Shown here: positions 30,232-39,800 of the stretch, one piece after another
Layout: each line of letters begins with the position of its first letter
How positions within the stretch are numbered: position 1 is the first letter of the stretch
Assembly: GCA_029261055.1 (NCBI GenBank)
Contig: JAJDCA010000026.1
Location: 5,747 to 69,746, forward strand
Reading direction: 5' to 3'
DNA from: Candidatus Omnitrophota bacterium
Lineage (GTDB): Bacteria > Omnitrophota > Gorgyraeia > Zapsychrales > Zapsychraceae
DNA length: 64,000 nt
Notes under the pieces: model-generated
What the model was told of the DNA's origin: nothing
The model's input: the letters and a program-made list of their open reading frames with translations, nothing else
Database searches by the model: none
Made by a program: the position numbers and the translations under genes

Positions 30232-30318
30232 GTGACTCGTCGCACGTGGCGCGTGACTCGTTTTTTACGAGCGACGCGTCACTAGCGACGCGACACATAA
30301 GTTGCCGCCGAAGGCGGC
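30232..30318. repeat. Heptamer-built long hairpin plus GCCGCCGAAGGCGGC hairpin
   Basis: GTGACTC GTCGCAC GTGGCGC GTGACTC GT / AC GAGCGAC GCGTCAC TAGCGAC GCGACAC. Confidence 0.65.
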
Positions 30319-30334
30319 TTAAAAAGGGGTTTGG

Positions 30335-31198
30335 ATGAAGATTTATCTTAATGGAAAATTTGTCGGGAAAAATCAAGCTTGTGTTTCTGTATTTGATCAT
30401 GGTTTTTTGTACGGGGATGGCGCTTTTGAAGGTATTCGATCCTATGATCGGCTTGTTTTTAAGTTAAAAGCGCATATTGACCGGCTTTATGAAACGACAC
30501 ATACGCTTATGATTGAAATTCCTTTGACAAAGAAGCAGATGATTAAGGCGATTGTGGATACACTTAAAATTAATAAATTAAAAGATGCGTATATCCGTGT
30601 TATTGTGACACGTGGTGTGGGAGATTTGGGATTGGATCCTCAAAAGTGTGATGGTGGTCCGAATATTATAATTATTACAGATAAAATTACTCTTTATCCT
30701 GAAAAGTTATATGATAAAGGAATGGATATTATTACAGTGCCGACTATACGTAACAATCCGGAAGCATTGAATCCGCAACTGAAATCATTGAATTATCTTA
30801 ATAACATTTTAGCGAAGATTGAAGCTAATAATTCGGGATTTAGTGAAGCTATTATGCTCGATCATCAAGGGTATGTGGCTGAATGCACGGGGGATAATAT
30901 TTTTATTGTAAAAGATAATTGTCTTTCAACCCCGAGTCAAGGGCGGTTGAAAGGAATCACACGTGACACGGTAATGCATTTGGCGACCAAGAGTAAATTA
31001 AAGGTGGAAGAACGTTTTATGACGCGGCATGAAGTTTACACGTCTGACGAATGTTTTTTAACAGGAACGGCTGCAGAGATTATCCCTGTTGTGAAAGTGG
31101 ATGGCAGGATGATCGGTAATGGACGACCCGGCTCGGTGACTACAAAGATTATGAAAATGTTTAAGGTGGTTACACGTAAGGATGGGGTAAAGTATTGA
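30335..31198 (+). CDS. ilvE: Branched-chain amino acid aminotransferase
   Basis: DHGFLYGDGAFEG, KSLNYLNN, ECTGDNIF and FLTGTAAE motifs. Confidence 0.95.
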   Translation: MKIYLNGKFVGKNQACVSVFDHGFLYGDGAFEGIRSYDRLVFKLKAHIDRLYETTHTLMIEIPLTKKQMIKAIVDTLKINKLKDAYIRVIVTRGVGDLGLDPQKCDGGPNIIIITDKITLYPEKLYDKGMDIITVPTIRNNPEALNPQLKSLNYLNNILAKIEANNSGFSEAIMLDHQGYVAECTGDNIFIVKDNCLSTPSQGRLKGITRDTVMHLATKSKLKVEERFMTRHEVYTSDECFLTGTAAEIIPVVKVDGRMIGNGRPGSVTTKIMKMFKVVTRKDGVKY

Positions 31199-31325
31199 TA
31201 AGAGAAGTAGAGATGTAAAGAGAAGTAAGAAGTAAAGAAGCAAGAAGCAAGAAGCAGAGAGGTAAAGAGATGAATTAACTTTTTTGTTTTTTCTCTGCAT
31301 TTTGCTGCTTGCCTCTTTGCTTCAT
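31199..31325. repeat. Purine-rich/pyrimidine-rich 7-8-mer inverted-arm element
   Basis: (A)AGAAGY/AGAGGY tandem units followed by a complementary CTGCTT/CCTCTT arm. Confidence 0.6.
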
Positions 31326-31343
31326 TATAAGAAGGATAAAACT

Positions 31344-31844
31344 ATGCAATGTGATATTTGTGGAAAACGGAAAGCTACGGTTCATTTGACGGAAATTGTT
31401 GATGAACAAATGTCAGAGATGCATTTGTGTGAACAGTGCGCCCGTCAGAAGAGTATGAAAATGGAGCAACAGTTTGGTTTGGCAGATTTATTGTCAGGCC
31501 TGGCAGATTTTAGTAAACATGTTAAAACAGATGTGAAGGAAGTTTTAAAATGTGAGCATTGTGGTATGGATTATGAAGATTTCAGAAAGTTTGGGCGTTT
31601 AGGCTGCAGTGGATGTTATGAATCTTTTCAGGCGCATTTAACAACATTGTTAAAGAAGATTCACGGTTCTAATCATCATTTGGGTAAGTCGCCTCAGAAG
31701 GTTCCTCCTGCTACAAAAAAGAAAATAAAGGATTTTCATAATTTGAAAGATCAGTTAGAACAAGCTATTCAGGTAGAAGATTTTGAAAAGGCAGCTAGGC
31801 TGCGGGATCAAATTCGTGAAATGGAGAAGAAGGGTAAAAAATGA
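31344..31844 (+). CDS. mcsA: McsA (UvrB/UvrC-motif, CxxC) protein
   Basis: Four CxxC motifs, GRLGC..CY, IHGS..H.GK.P and EDFEKAARLRDQI. Start ATG 31344. Confidence 0.93.
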   Translation: MQCDICGKRKATVHLTEIVDEQMSEMHLCEQCARQKSMKMEQQFGLADLLSGLADFSKHVKTDVKEVLKCEHCGMDYEDFRKFGRLGCSGCYESFQAHLTTLLKKIHGSNHHLGKSPQKVPPATKKKIKDFHNLKDQLEQAIQVEDFEKAARLRDQIREMEKKGKK

Positions 31845-32893
31845 AATTAGATGATTTTATTGATAATACAGGTCAGTGGCTTAAAGGGACAGGTGATCAT
31901 GCCAATATTGTTATGTCATCGCGTATTCGTTTGGCCAGAAATTTAGATTTAAGGCCTTTTCCTAACAGAGCGAAAAAAAAGGAACTTGAAGAAATTTTAA
32001 CCATGGTTAAAGAAGCTATGGACAAAACTGATTTCTTTAAGAAATCCATATTCTTTAAAATTACGGAGTTGGATCAAATTGATAAGCAATTTTTGATTGA
32101 GCGTCATTTGATGAGTCATGAGCATGCGACGAATCCTGAAGGCAAGGCGTTGATTGTTTCGGAAGAAGAGGTGATATCTGTTATGATCAATGAGGAAGAT
32201 CATTTACGTATTCAGGTAATGCAATCGGGGTTTGATTTAGAGGAAACATGGCAAATTGCTAATTCTATTGATGATGGATTGAGTAAGTTGTTAGAGTTTG
32301 CTTATGCTCCTCGGTGGGGGTATTTGACTTCGTGTCCAACGAATACGGGTACGGCTATGCGTGGTTCGGTGATGCTTCATTTACCTGCTTTGGTGATGAC
32401 CAAACAAATTAATAAAATTTTGAATGCCATTTCAAAATTAAATTTTGCGTCCAGAGGTTTTTATGGTGAAGGCACGCAAGCCAGCGGCAATATTTATCAA
32501 ATTTCTAATCAAGTTTCTCTGGGGCATAGCGAACAAGATGTGCTGCAGAATATCAGCGGCTTAATCCGGCAAGTTATCGAGCAGGAAGAGCAGGCTCGTC
32601 AGGCTTTGTTATTACAAAATAAACCGATGTTGGAAGATAAGATTTTTCGATCTAGTGGGATTTTAAAGAATGCGCATATTATTTCGAGTCAAGAGACGGT
32701 CGAATTATTATCTATGATTCGTTTAGGAATTGACCTGAATATTATTAAGAATGTGGAGCGGAAAGATATCAATGAACTCTTTATTATGATTCAACCTGCC
32801 CATTTACAGAAAATTGAAGGAAAAAAACTTAATGCAACAGAGAGAGATACCCGACGAGCAAGTCTCATTAGGGAAAAAATAGGAGGAGAATAA
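31841..32893 (+). CDS. mcsB: Protein arginine kinase
   Basis: [31 protein letters not shown] and QISNQ.SLG motifs. Confidence 0.96.
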   Translation: MKLDDFIDNTGQWLKGTGDHANIVMSSRIRLARNLDLRPFPNRAKKKELEEILTMVKEAMDKTDFFKKSIFFKITELDQIDKQFLIERHLMSHEHATNPEGKALIVSEEEVISVMINEEDHLRIQVMQSGFDLEETWQIANSIDDGLSKLLEFAYAPRWGYLTSCPTNTGTAMRGSVMLHLPALVMTKQINKILNAISKLNFASRGFYGEGTQASGNIYQISNQVSLGHSEQDVLQNISGLIRQVIEQEEQARQALLLQNKPMLEDKIFRSSGILKNAHIISSQETVELLSMIRLGIDLNIIKNVERKDINELFIMIQPAHLQKIEGKKLNATERDTRRASLIREKIGGE

Positions 32894-32895
32894 AA

Positions 32896-35316
32896 ATGTT
32901 CAATCGATTTACCGAGCGTGCCAGAAAAGTAATTGTTTATGCTAAAGAAGAGGCAAGAAGATTTAACCACGATTACATCGGCACAGAACATCTTCTTTTA
33001 GGTTTAGTGCGTGAGGGGGAGGGCGTTGCGGCAGCGGTTTTGCAAAAATTGGGTTTGGATTTAGAAACGATACGTATCGAGGTTGAAAAATTAGTCCAGC
33101 CGGGACCTCAGACACAGGTGCTTGGGGATATTCCCTTTACACCGCGGTCTAAAAAAGCGTTAGAACTTTCCGCCGAAGAAGCGAGAGCTCTTGGGCATAA
33201 TTATATTGGTACGGAACATTTGCTTTTGGGATTGGTCAAAGAAGGTGAAGGCATGGCCTACCGTGTTTTATTGAATTTAGGTTTGGATTTAGGGAAACTA
33301 CGTAATGAAGTTATGGAGTTGTTAGGCTCAGGGATCCCTGGATATGGCGGACAGGAGCAGGTTAGTAAATCGGATAAAACGCCTGCTATTGATGCGTATG
33401 GCCGTAATTTAAATAAATTAGCCAAAGACGGAAAGTTAGATCCGGTGATCGGGCGCGCAGAAGAAATTCAACGTATTCTTCAAATCTTAAGCCGTCGTAC
33501 AAAAAATAATCCGGTTTTATTGGGGGAAGCCGGTGTTGGAAAAACAGCCATCGTCGAAGGTTTGGCACAACTCATCGTTAATGGTGATGTTCCTGAGCTA
33601 TTACGTGATAAGAGTATTGTGATGCTTGATTTAGCATTAATGATTGCAGGGACAAAATATCGCGGTCAATTTGAAGAACGGATTAAAGCGATTATGGAAG
33701 AAATTAAACGTTCTGGAAAAATTATTTTATTTATTGATGAGCTGCATACGCTGGTTGGTGCTGGAGCTGCTGAAGGGGCCATTGATGCGGCTAATATTCT
33801 TAAGCCTGCTTTAGCTCGTGGAGAAATTCAGTGTGTTGGAGCCACTACACTTGATGAATATCGGAAGCATATCGAAAAAGATGCAGCTCTTGAAAGACGG
33901 TTTCAAACTATTACGGTGGAGTCACCCACTGTGGAAGAGGCCATTTTGATTCTTAAAGGGCTACGGGATAAATATGAAGCGCATCATCGTGTAAAGTTTT
34001 CTGATGAATCTTTAGATGCAGCCGTACGTCTTTCGGAGCGGTATATTTCCGGGCGTTCTTTACCTGACAAAGCCGTTGATATTCTAGATGAGGCTGGTGC
34101 TCAGGCGCGTCTTAAGGCAATGGTTGTGCCTTCCGGAGTCAAAGAATTAGAAGCAGAAATTGAAAAACTTCGAGAAGAAAAAGAGGACCATATCAAGAGT
34201 CAAGATTTTGAAAAAGCAGCACAAATGCGTGATTTGGAGCGTGAAAAACGCGAAAAATTAAAAGGTGTTAAGACGGAATGGTCTGAAGAGCGGGATAAAT
34301 CAACATTGACTTTGGGTTATGAAGAAATTGCTAAAATTGTTTCTCAATGGACAAAGATTCCTCTTGTTCGATTAGAAGAAAAAGAAACACAGAAGCTTTT
34401 GAAGATGGAAGATCAGATGAAGGGTGTTGTGATTGGCCAAGAAGAAGCCATTGGTGCCATAGCGCGTGCCGTAAGACGTTCCCGTGCGGGCATTAAAGAT
34501 CCTCGTCGACCCATAGGGTCTTTTGTTTTCTTAGGACCTACCGGTGTGGGGAAGACACTTTTGGCACAAGCATTAGCGGAATTTATGTTTGGCGGAAAAG
34601 ATGCTGTTATCCAGATTGATATGTCTGAGTATATGGATAAATTTAATGTTTCTCGCCTTATCGGTGCGCCACCGGGATATGTTGGATATGAAGAAGGTGG
34701 GCAGTTAACAGAGAAAGTAAGACGTAAACCTTATTCGGTTGTTCTTCTTGATGAAATTGAAAAGGCGCATCCGGATGTTTTTAATTTGTTATTACAGGTT
34801 TTTGAAGAGGGACGGTTAACCGATAGTTTGGGGAGGAAGGTTGATTTTCGTAATACGATTATCCTTATGACATCTAATGTTGGGGCGGATATGTTACGTA
34901 AGCAGGGGTCTTTAGGTTTTGTGGCCCCTAAAGAAGAGGTAACGCATGATGACATGAAAGGTCGATTGTTAGAAGAAGTCAAAAAAACATTTAAGCCCGA
35001 ATTTTTAAATCGTGTTGATGATATTATTGTTTTTAGATCATTGACGAAAGAAAATCTCTACGGCATTGTTGAATTAGAGATTAATGCTGTTCAAGATCGC
35101 CTGAAAGAAAAAGATATGAGCATTGAACTTTCCAAAGATGCTCTTGAACTCCTTATTGAAAAAGGTTTCGACCCGGTTTATGGTGCGCGGCCGCTTAAAC
35201 GGACAATTCAACGGCTTTTAGAAGACCCTCTTGCTGAAGATATGATTTCTGGTCGATTTAAAGACGGTGATAAAATAAAGGGTGCCCGCAAAGGCGATAA
35301 ATTGGAATTTAAGTAG
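32896..35316 (+). CDS. clpC: ATP-dependent Clp protease ATPase ClpC
   Basis: Clp-N repeats, two AAA modules ([16 protein letters not shown]) and a UVR middle domain. Confidence 0.97.
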   Translation: MFNRFTERARKVIVYAKEEARRFNHDYIGTEHLLLGLVREGEGVAAAVLQKLGLDLETIRIEVEKLVQPGPQTQVLGDIPFTPRSKKALELSAEEARALGHNYIGTEHLLLGLVKEGEGMAYRVLLNLGLDLGKLRNEVMELLGSGIPGYGGQEQVSKSDKTPAIDAYGRNLNKLAKDGKLDPVIGRAEEIQRILQILSRRTKNNPVLLGEAGVGKTAIVEGLAQLIVNGDVPELLRDKSIVMLDLALMIAGTKYRGQFEERIKAIMEEIKRSGKIILFIDELHTLVGAGAAEGAIDAANILKPALARGEIQCVGATTLDEYRKHIEKDAALERRFQTITVESPTVEEAILILKGLRDKYEAHHRVKFSDESLDAAVRLSERYISGRSLPDKAVDILDEAGAQARLKAMVVPSGVKELEAEIEKLREEKEDHIKSQDFEKAAQMRDLEREKREKLKGVKTEWSEERDKSTLTLGYEEIAKIVSQWTKIPLVRLEEKETQKLLKMEDQMKGVVIGQEEAIGAIARAVRRSRAGIKDPRRPIGSFVFLGPTGVGKTLLAQALAEFMFGGKDAVIQIDMSEYMDKFNVSRLIGAPPGYVGYEEGGQLTEKVRRKPYSVVLLDEIEKAHPDVFNLLLQVFEEGRLTDSLGRKVDFRNTIILMTSNVGADMLRKQGSLGFVAPKEEVTHDDMKGRLLEEVKKTFKPEFLNRVDDIIVFRSLTKENLYGIVELEINAVQDRLKEKDMSIELSKDALELLIEKGFDPVYGARPLKRTIQRLLEDPLAEDMISGRFKDGDKIKGARKGDKLEFK

Positions 35317-35330
35317 GATGATTATTTTTT

Positions 35331-36392
35331 ATGCACATTTTAAAAGTTTTTGCATGCACATTTATTTTTATTATTTTTATCGCGAGGCTGTCTTTTTCAG
35401 AAACTATCCTATCCTTTGAAGGGCAGATGAATTTCAAGGAGGAGCGGCTTCAGGTTAAATTGAAGCCGCTTCATTTTTTGTCCGGTCCTTCGTCTTCTGT
35501 AGGTAGTGGCACAGTTCCGTCCTTAATTGAAGCTAATGATGATAAAAGTGCTGTTGTTCTTAAGGCTGAAAAGACATCAAAGAATGAATATCGTCTTTTA
35601 TTTAACATCGAGCATTTAAGGACGCCCTTGTTTGATATTTCTAGCCAAATTGAGAGCAGGCTTAGAATGTCCAGGTCTTCAGAGAATAAAAATATTTTTC
35701 TGGAGGGAGATGTTTCGAGCCAATATTCCCTCATCGATTTTGAACCTATCAACGAATTTAATGGAAGATTTGTCATAGCTGATAGCAATCAAGCGTATAA
35801 AAAGTTGATTGTTCCTAGGTTATCTTTTGGAAATGTTACTTGCCAAGGGGTGGTAGACCTTAAATATCCGTTTAAAATAGATCTTGTTGTAAATTTGAAC
35901 TCTGTTTTAATGAAAGATTTTCTTGGTTTTTGGGTTCGGAACAAAAAGCATGATTCCTCTGGAATTGTCTCTGGGAAAATTAAAGTTTTAGGTGATTTAA
36001 GCCGGGTAATTTTAAAGGGTGATTTAGAGAGTTATGATGGGCATATTAAAAAATTATCATTTAATAATATTCACTTAAATATTGGTGGGGTTTATCCTCA
36101 TATGAAGATTACAGATTCCACTCTTTCGAAAGCCGATGGATTGAGTGTTTCATTTGATGGGCCTTTTAATTTGGCAGATCGTAAAAATTTTAAGAAACAG
36201 CTCAAAGCTTTGACGCTTGCTCCATTGATTAAAGAAAGTGGGCTAGATTCAGAATGGACCATACGACGTTCAGAAAGAGATGATCAGGCTACGACAGAAC
36301 TTAAATACCTTTTGAGAAAAGAAAAAGGCTTTGGCGACACCGGGCCGGACAGTTTAGATGTATTAGGGATTGAAAGAACGATGGAGTTTTGA
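35331..36392 (+). CDS. Exported hypothetical protein, beta-rich (AsmA/TamB-like, tentative)
   Basis: N-terminal signal or anchor, alternating beta-strand pattern, ends GIERTMEF. Confidence 0.5.
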   Translation: MHILKVFACTFIFIIFIARLSFSETILSFEGQMNFKEERLQVKLKPLHFLSGPSSSVGSGTVPSLIEANDDKSAVVLKAEKTSKNEYRLLFNIEHLRTPLFDISSQIESRLRMSRSSENKNIFLEGDVSSQYSLIDFEPINEFNGRFVIADSNQAYKKLIVPRLSFGNVTCQGVVDLKYPFKIDLVVNLNSVLMKDFLGFWVRNKKHDSSGIVSGKIKVLGDLSRVILKGDLESYDGHIKKLSFNNIHLNIGGVYPHMKITDSTLSKADGLSVSFDGPFNLADRKNFKKQLKALTLAPLIKESGLDSEWTIRRSERDDQATTELKYLLRKEKGFGDTGPDSLDVLGIERTMEF

Positions 36393-36397
36393 TTTTA

Positions 36398-36494
36398 TTT
36401 AGGAATTTTGATGCTTTAACGAAATTCCAAACGGGTTTAATACCCCGCAGCTCGCTGCAGCTGATAGGGTTCAGGGCTTGCCTTGGGGTTCATG
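36398..36494. repeat. Diverged copy of the 70-bp repeat
   Basis: TTAGGAATTT...CTTTAACGAAATTCCAAACGGGTTTAATACCCCG...GGCTTGCCTTGGGG. Confidence 0.7.
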
Positions 36495-36648
36495 CCTTTG
36501 ATTTTAAGAAATATACGTTTTAAGAAAGAATTGTATCATTATCTGATAAAACAAGTTACAAAATATTTAAATTTACCTGCCTGAAAATAATTTTATAACA
36601 TGATTTATTGTAATGAGTTATGAAATTCTTCATTAAATTCCCCTCCTC

Positions 36649-36676
36649 TTGACACTTGCCAGAAATATGTTATCTT
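36649..36676 (+). promoter_or_regulatory. Promoter of giant gene 1
   Basis: TTGACA-16 nt-TATCTT with TGn; the same layout is conserved upstream of the paralog (61431-61458). Confidence 0.6.
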
Positions 36677-36717
36677 TTCAGTATATTAGTAAGAAAACGC
36701 TTTTTTCCACAAAATTG

Positions 36718-36763
36718 TACCAATAGCTCTGTCTATCGACAGGTAGTCCTGCCACGGATTGGT
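36718..36763 (+). ncRNA. Candidate cis-regulatory leader RNA motif (copy 1)
   Basis: ACCAAT/ATTGGT outer stem, CTGTC-TATC-GACAG inner hairpin and conserved CCT-GCCACGG. Homologous to 61500-61547. Confidence 0.5.
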
Positions 36764-36824
36764 TATGAGTTGTAAATAATCAGTACATATTTATTTACAA
36801 TCTCTTAAATTTTAAAAAAATAAA

Positions 36825-36873
36825 TGTAGAGATGTACGTCTTTAATTAAACGTAGCAACGCTACGTTTCTACA
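36825..36873. repeat. Degenerate GTAG...CTAC REP in the leader of giant gene 1
   Basis: TGTAGAGATGTA...AAACGTAGCAACGCTACGTTTCTACA. Confidence 0.55.
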
Positions 36874-36887
36874 ACATAGGAGAAGAA

Positions 36888-39800
36888 ATGAATATTTACA
36901 TAAAAAAACAACGTTTTTGTAGTATTTACAGGATTTTATCCGCATTTATTGCCGTAGCATTCTTAACCACCACCATTGTGCCGCAAGGATATGCCAATAC
37001 AGTGATCAGTGCGCCATTGTCAGGGATCAATTTGCCTGTGCCAGGTACTATGCTGGGAATGACCGAAAGTTTTACGCCGGTTATGGTTAAGGGTGTGACC
37101 ATTCATCCGGACAATCCGCTGCGGTTTGATTTTATTGTGGATACGGGAAATACAGAATTAGGTCAGGGCGATGCTTTGCAGGAAGAAACCACCAAATTGG
37201 TCAAATATTTTTTGGCCGCGTTGACAGTGCCGGAAAAAGAGATGTGGGTCAACCTCAGTCCGTATGAAAAAGATCGTATTATTGCCGATGGTCTGGGGCA
37301 AACCGATATGGGCCGCGATATGTTGGCACAAGACTATCTACTGAAACAAGTTACAGCTTCACTCATGTATCCGGAAGAAGAGCTAGGCGAAAAGTTTTGG
37401 ACGCGTGTGTATGCGCGCGCACAAGAGGAATTTGGGACAACCGATATTCCGATGAACACGTTTAATAAAGTTTGGATAGTGCCGGAAAAGGCCGTTGTGT
37501 TCGAAGATGAAAAAACATCAAGCACGTATGTGTTGGAAAGCCATTTGAAGGTCATGTTGGAAGAAGATTACGAGGCAATGGAACATAATGTGGATCGTAG
37601 GGGTTTGATTCATCAAACCCAAGATAAGGGCATGATAAATCATGCCCCTACGGATATCATCCGCGAACTCCTCATTCCCGAAATCGAAAAAGAAGTCAAT
37701 CAAGGTAAAACCTTCGCCAATTTACGTCAAATCTACAACTCCATGATCTTAGCCGCATGGTACAAACAAAACCTCAAAGACAGCCTATTAGGCAAGATCT
37801 ACATGGATCAAAACAAGACCAAAGGCATCGACACCGAAGACAAACAAATTACCCAAAAAATTTACGATCAATACATATCCTCCTTCAAAAAAGGCGTGTA
37901 TGACTACATTAAGGAAGACTATGATTCAGCTACGCAGCAAGTTGTGCCAAGAAAATATTTCTCCGGAGGGCTGAAGATGGGGATTGATCTTTCAATGTTG
38001 GATACCAAAAAAGGACGTGGAAATATTACAAGACTTGATGCAGAAAATGTGGGAGAAATTTTAAAATTTGGATACGACATGGTTGATTTAGGCATGGGTT
38101 CCGCAAAGATTGTAAAAATCAAACAGGCGATTAATAATGCAACGTATGGGGATAACTCCATGGTAGCAAGTGAACAAGGGCTGAAAATATCTCAATATAT
38201 CCGGGAGGGGTTTGATAGTGACGTGGAAAGAGAAAAAAGAGCAGCAGTTATTGAAGCACTTTATGATCATGTGGATGTTTTACGAAAACAGTTTAAATCA
38301 GCTTCAGCTGTCGCTGATCTTCCTGTTTTTTTTCGGACAATTTCAGATTATTTGGAGAATGAAGCATTTTTAGAAATATTAAAAGAAAAGGTTTTGACTG
38401 AAGAAAAATACAACACAAGAATATCGACAGAAGATGATTTTTTAAAGGTTATTGCGGAATTTAAAGAGATCTTAGAGATAAAATCTAGCAGCACGATAGT
38501 TGAATCTGGTGTTTGGACAGCAGTGGAAAAAATAGCAGAGATATCATTTTATTTTAGTGGTTTACACGAAACAAAATGGTCTGCAACTTATCATAAAAGT
38601 AACATTGCTATGTTTTTGGCAGAAGGGATCATGGCAGAGTCAAAAGATGTAGAGAAAGAAAAGAAAATAAAAGAAAACGCTCTTAATCTTCTAGAGGGTA
38701 CAAAGAGTTTGTTTGATCGTATTCTTTTGAACGAAAAAAATGAAGAGTATACAGATGTATTCAAAAACCTTAATCAAAAGTTAGTCAACAATATAAAAAT
38801 TTTAGACTTAGAAAGTGAGGCGGCGAAGTTGCAATATTCTCTTGAGGAATACGAAGAAGACCTGGATGCATTTGAAAATAATTTGAATCAACATTTATTT
38901 GATGTTTTTCAAGAATTTATGGGGGATATTCCAAAAGTGGATGGTTTTATTAAGGAAGTAAGAAAAACACTTAATAATATTCAAAATAAAACAGGGAGTA
39001 GATTGAAACTCATCGCTGAAGAATTGAATAAAGCGATTGATGCTTTGGAGTTGGATGTCGCCATGAGTACAGAGGTGACGTCGCTTTCTGACGAAGGTGT
39101 TAAGCTTACTCAATGGGATGATATGGATGAATGGATCTTGGCGGGAGGGAGTGGATGGGGTAGTACATACAATAGAGATCAGGAGATACATGATGGAAAT
39201 TCTTATTTTACTGATACAGCAATAGAAGAAATTTATTATCGAGACAAAATTAATTCTTCTGGTAAGGTTATGGTTATAAAACTTAAATTAAAGGTTATAG
39301 AAACAATAGTTAAAGATAAAAAAATAGACATTAATGTTCCAGAGGTGATTATTGAAACAAATGAGAATAAAGAATTTGATATTGTTGTGAACGCTGATAA
39401 AAGAAAAATAAATTTTATGATTTGGAAGGCAAAATATAATATTACGATTGTTTTTAAGGATTCTAATAGTGAATTTCAAAAAATATTTTTAAATTTTGAT
39501 AAATATCAAAATATTATGAAAAATCCCGAGTCTTTTCGTAAAATTATACAGGATAAATTTATAGCAAGTGAGTATCTGGTGAAGTTAGTAGAAGAAAAAC
39601 TTGGGGAGATAGTGCAAGATGCTACAAATTCTCTTGATCCGATAGAGCTGAACAGTATTATGTCTGAAATTAATAATGTTAAAGAAATTTTGACCCAAGA
39701 AAAGGAAAATACAGAATTCTTAAATAAAATAAAACAAAAATTAAAAAATTTATTTTTAGCTATGGGGTCAGTTAATAGGCGGAAGAAGATAGAATTTATT

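Noticed and set aside
36718-36763. Cobalamin riboswitch or HDV-like ribozyme, suggested by GCCAC
   Set aside because: It is too short and lacks the B12 box; I could not build the nested double pseudoknot in both copies.
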